NCBI GenBank assembly: GCA_964456605.1 | Contig: CAYWAL010000028.1 | Span: 1 to 13,169, forward strand | Length of the DNA: 13,169 nucleotides | Reading direction: 5' to 3' | Origin: an uncultured Candidatus Saccharibacteria bacterium | Lineage (GTDB): Bacteria; Patescibacteriota; Minisyncoccia; JAHIHE01; JAGLIN01 | Shown: positions 13,148 to 13,169 of the stretch, piece after piece | Position numbering within the stretch: the stretch's first letter is position 1 | Layout: every line of letters begins with the position of its first letter | Translations under genes and position numbers: made by a program | The notes under the pieces: model-generated | What the model was told of the DNA's origin: nothing | Databases searched by the model: none | Seen by the model: only the letters and a program-made list of their open reading frames with translations

Positions 13148-13169
13148 AGCACCTATAAGTTAAAATTAA

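Overview
AT-rich (~38-40% GC) bacterial window in which every supportable gene lies on the minus strand. The gene content (Gram-positive-type PrgI/PrgJ-like conjugation proteins, a standalone four-helix-bundle '23S rRNA IVS' family protein, compact spacing) is compatible with a Firmicutes-like or CPR/Patescibacteria-like genome, but the lineage cannot be decided from sequence alone. Reading the minus strand from high to low coordinates gives: ClpP protease subunit, dTDP-4-dehydrorhamnose reductase (RmlD), a 16S rRNA dimethyltransferase KsgA/RsmA carrying an unusual ~58-aa in-frame insertion that contains a 28-bp perfect palindrome, and a terminator. Next comes a two-gene operon of an SPFH/band-7 membrane protein translationally coupled (ATGA overlap) to a 3-TM membrane protein, a terminator, and a ~600-bp non-coding gap. 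After the gap lies a minimal type-IV-secretion-like (conjugation/DNA-translocation-like) module: a VirB6/TrbL-like polytopic membrane protein with a long charged coiled-coil tail, a 258-aa highly charged unknown protein, a PrgI/VirB3-like small membrane protein, and a VirB4-family ATPase that is split into an N-terminal 224-aa ORF and a C-terminal 618-aa ORF. The two VirB4 ORFs are in the same frame, separated by 75 nt containing several stops. Downstream are tRNA-Ser(GGA), an array of AAATT-type short repeats with a 15-bp perfect inverted repeat, a four-helix-bundle (Avd / 23S-IVS family) protein, and a terminator hairpin. No relaxase, coupling protein, integrase, CRISPR array or rRNA is visible. 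Several ORF-track starts are TTG codons; internal ATGs with good Shine-Dalgarno motifs are more plausible true starts for several genes. All plus-strand ORFs in the track overlap minus-strand genes and are treated as shadow ORFs.
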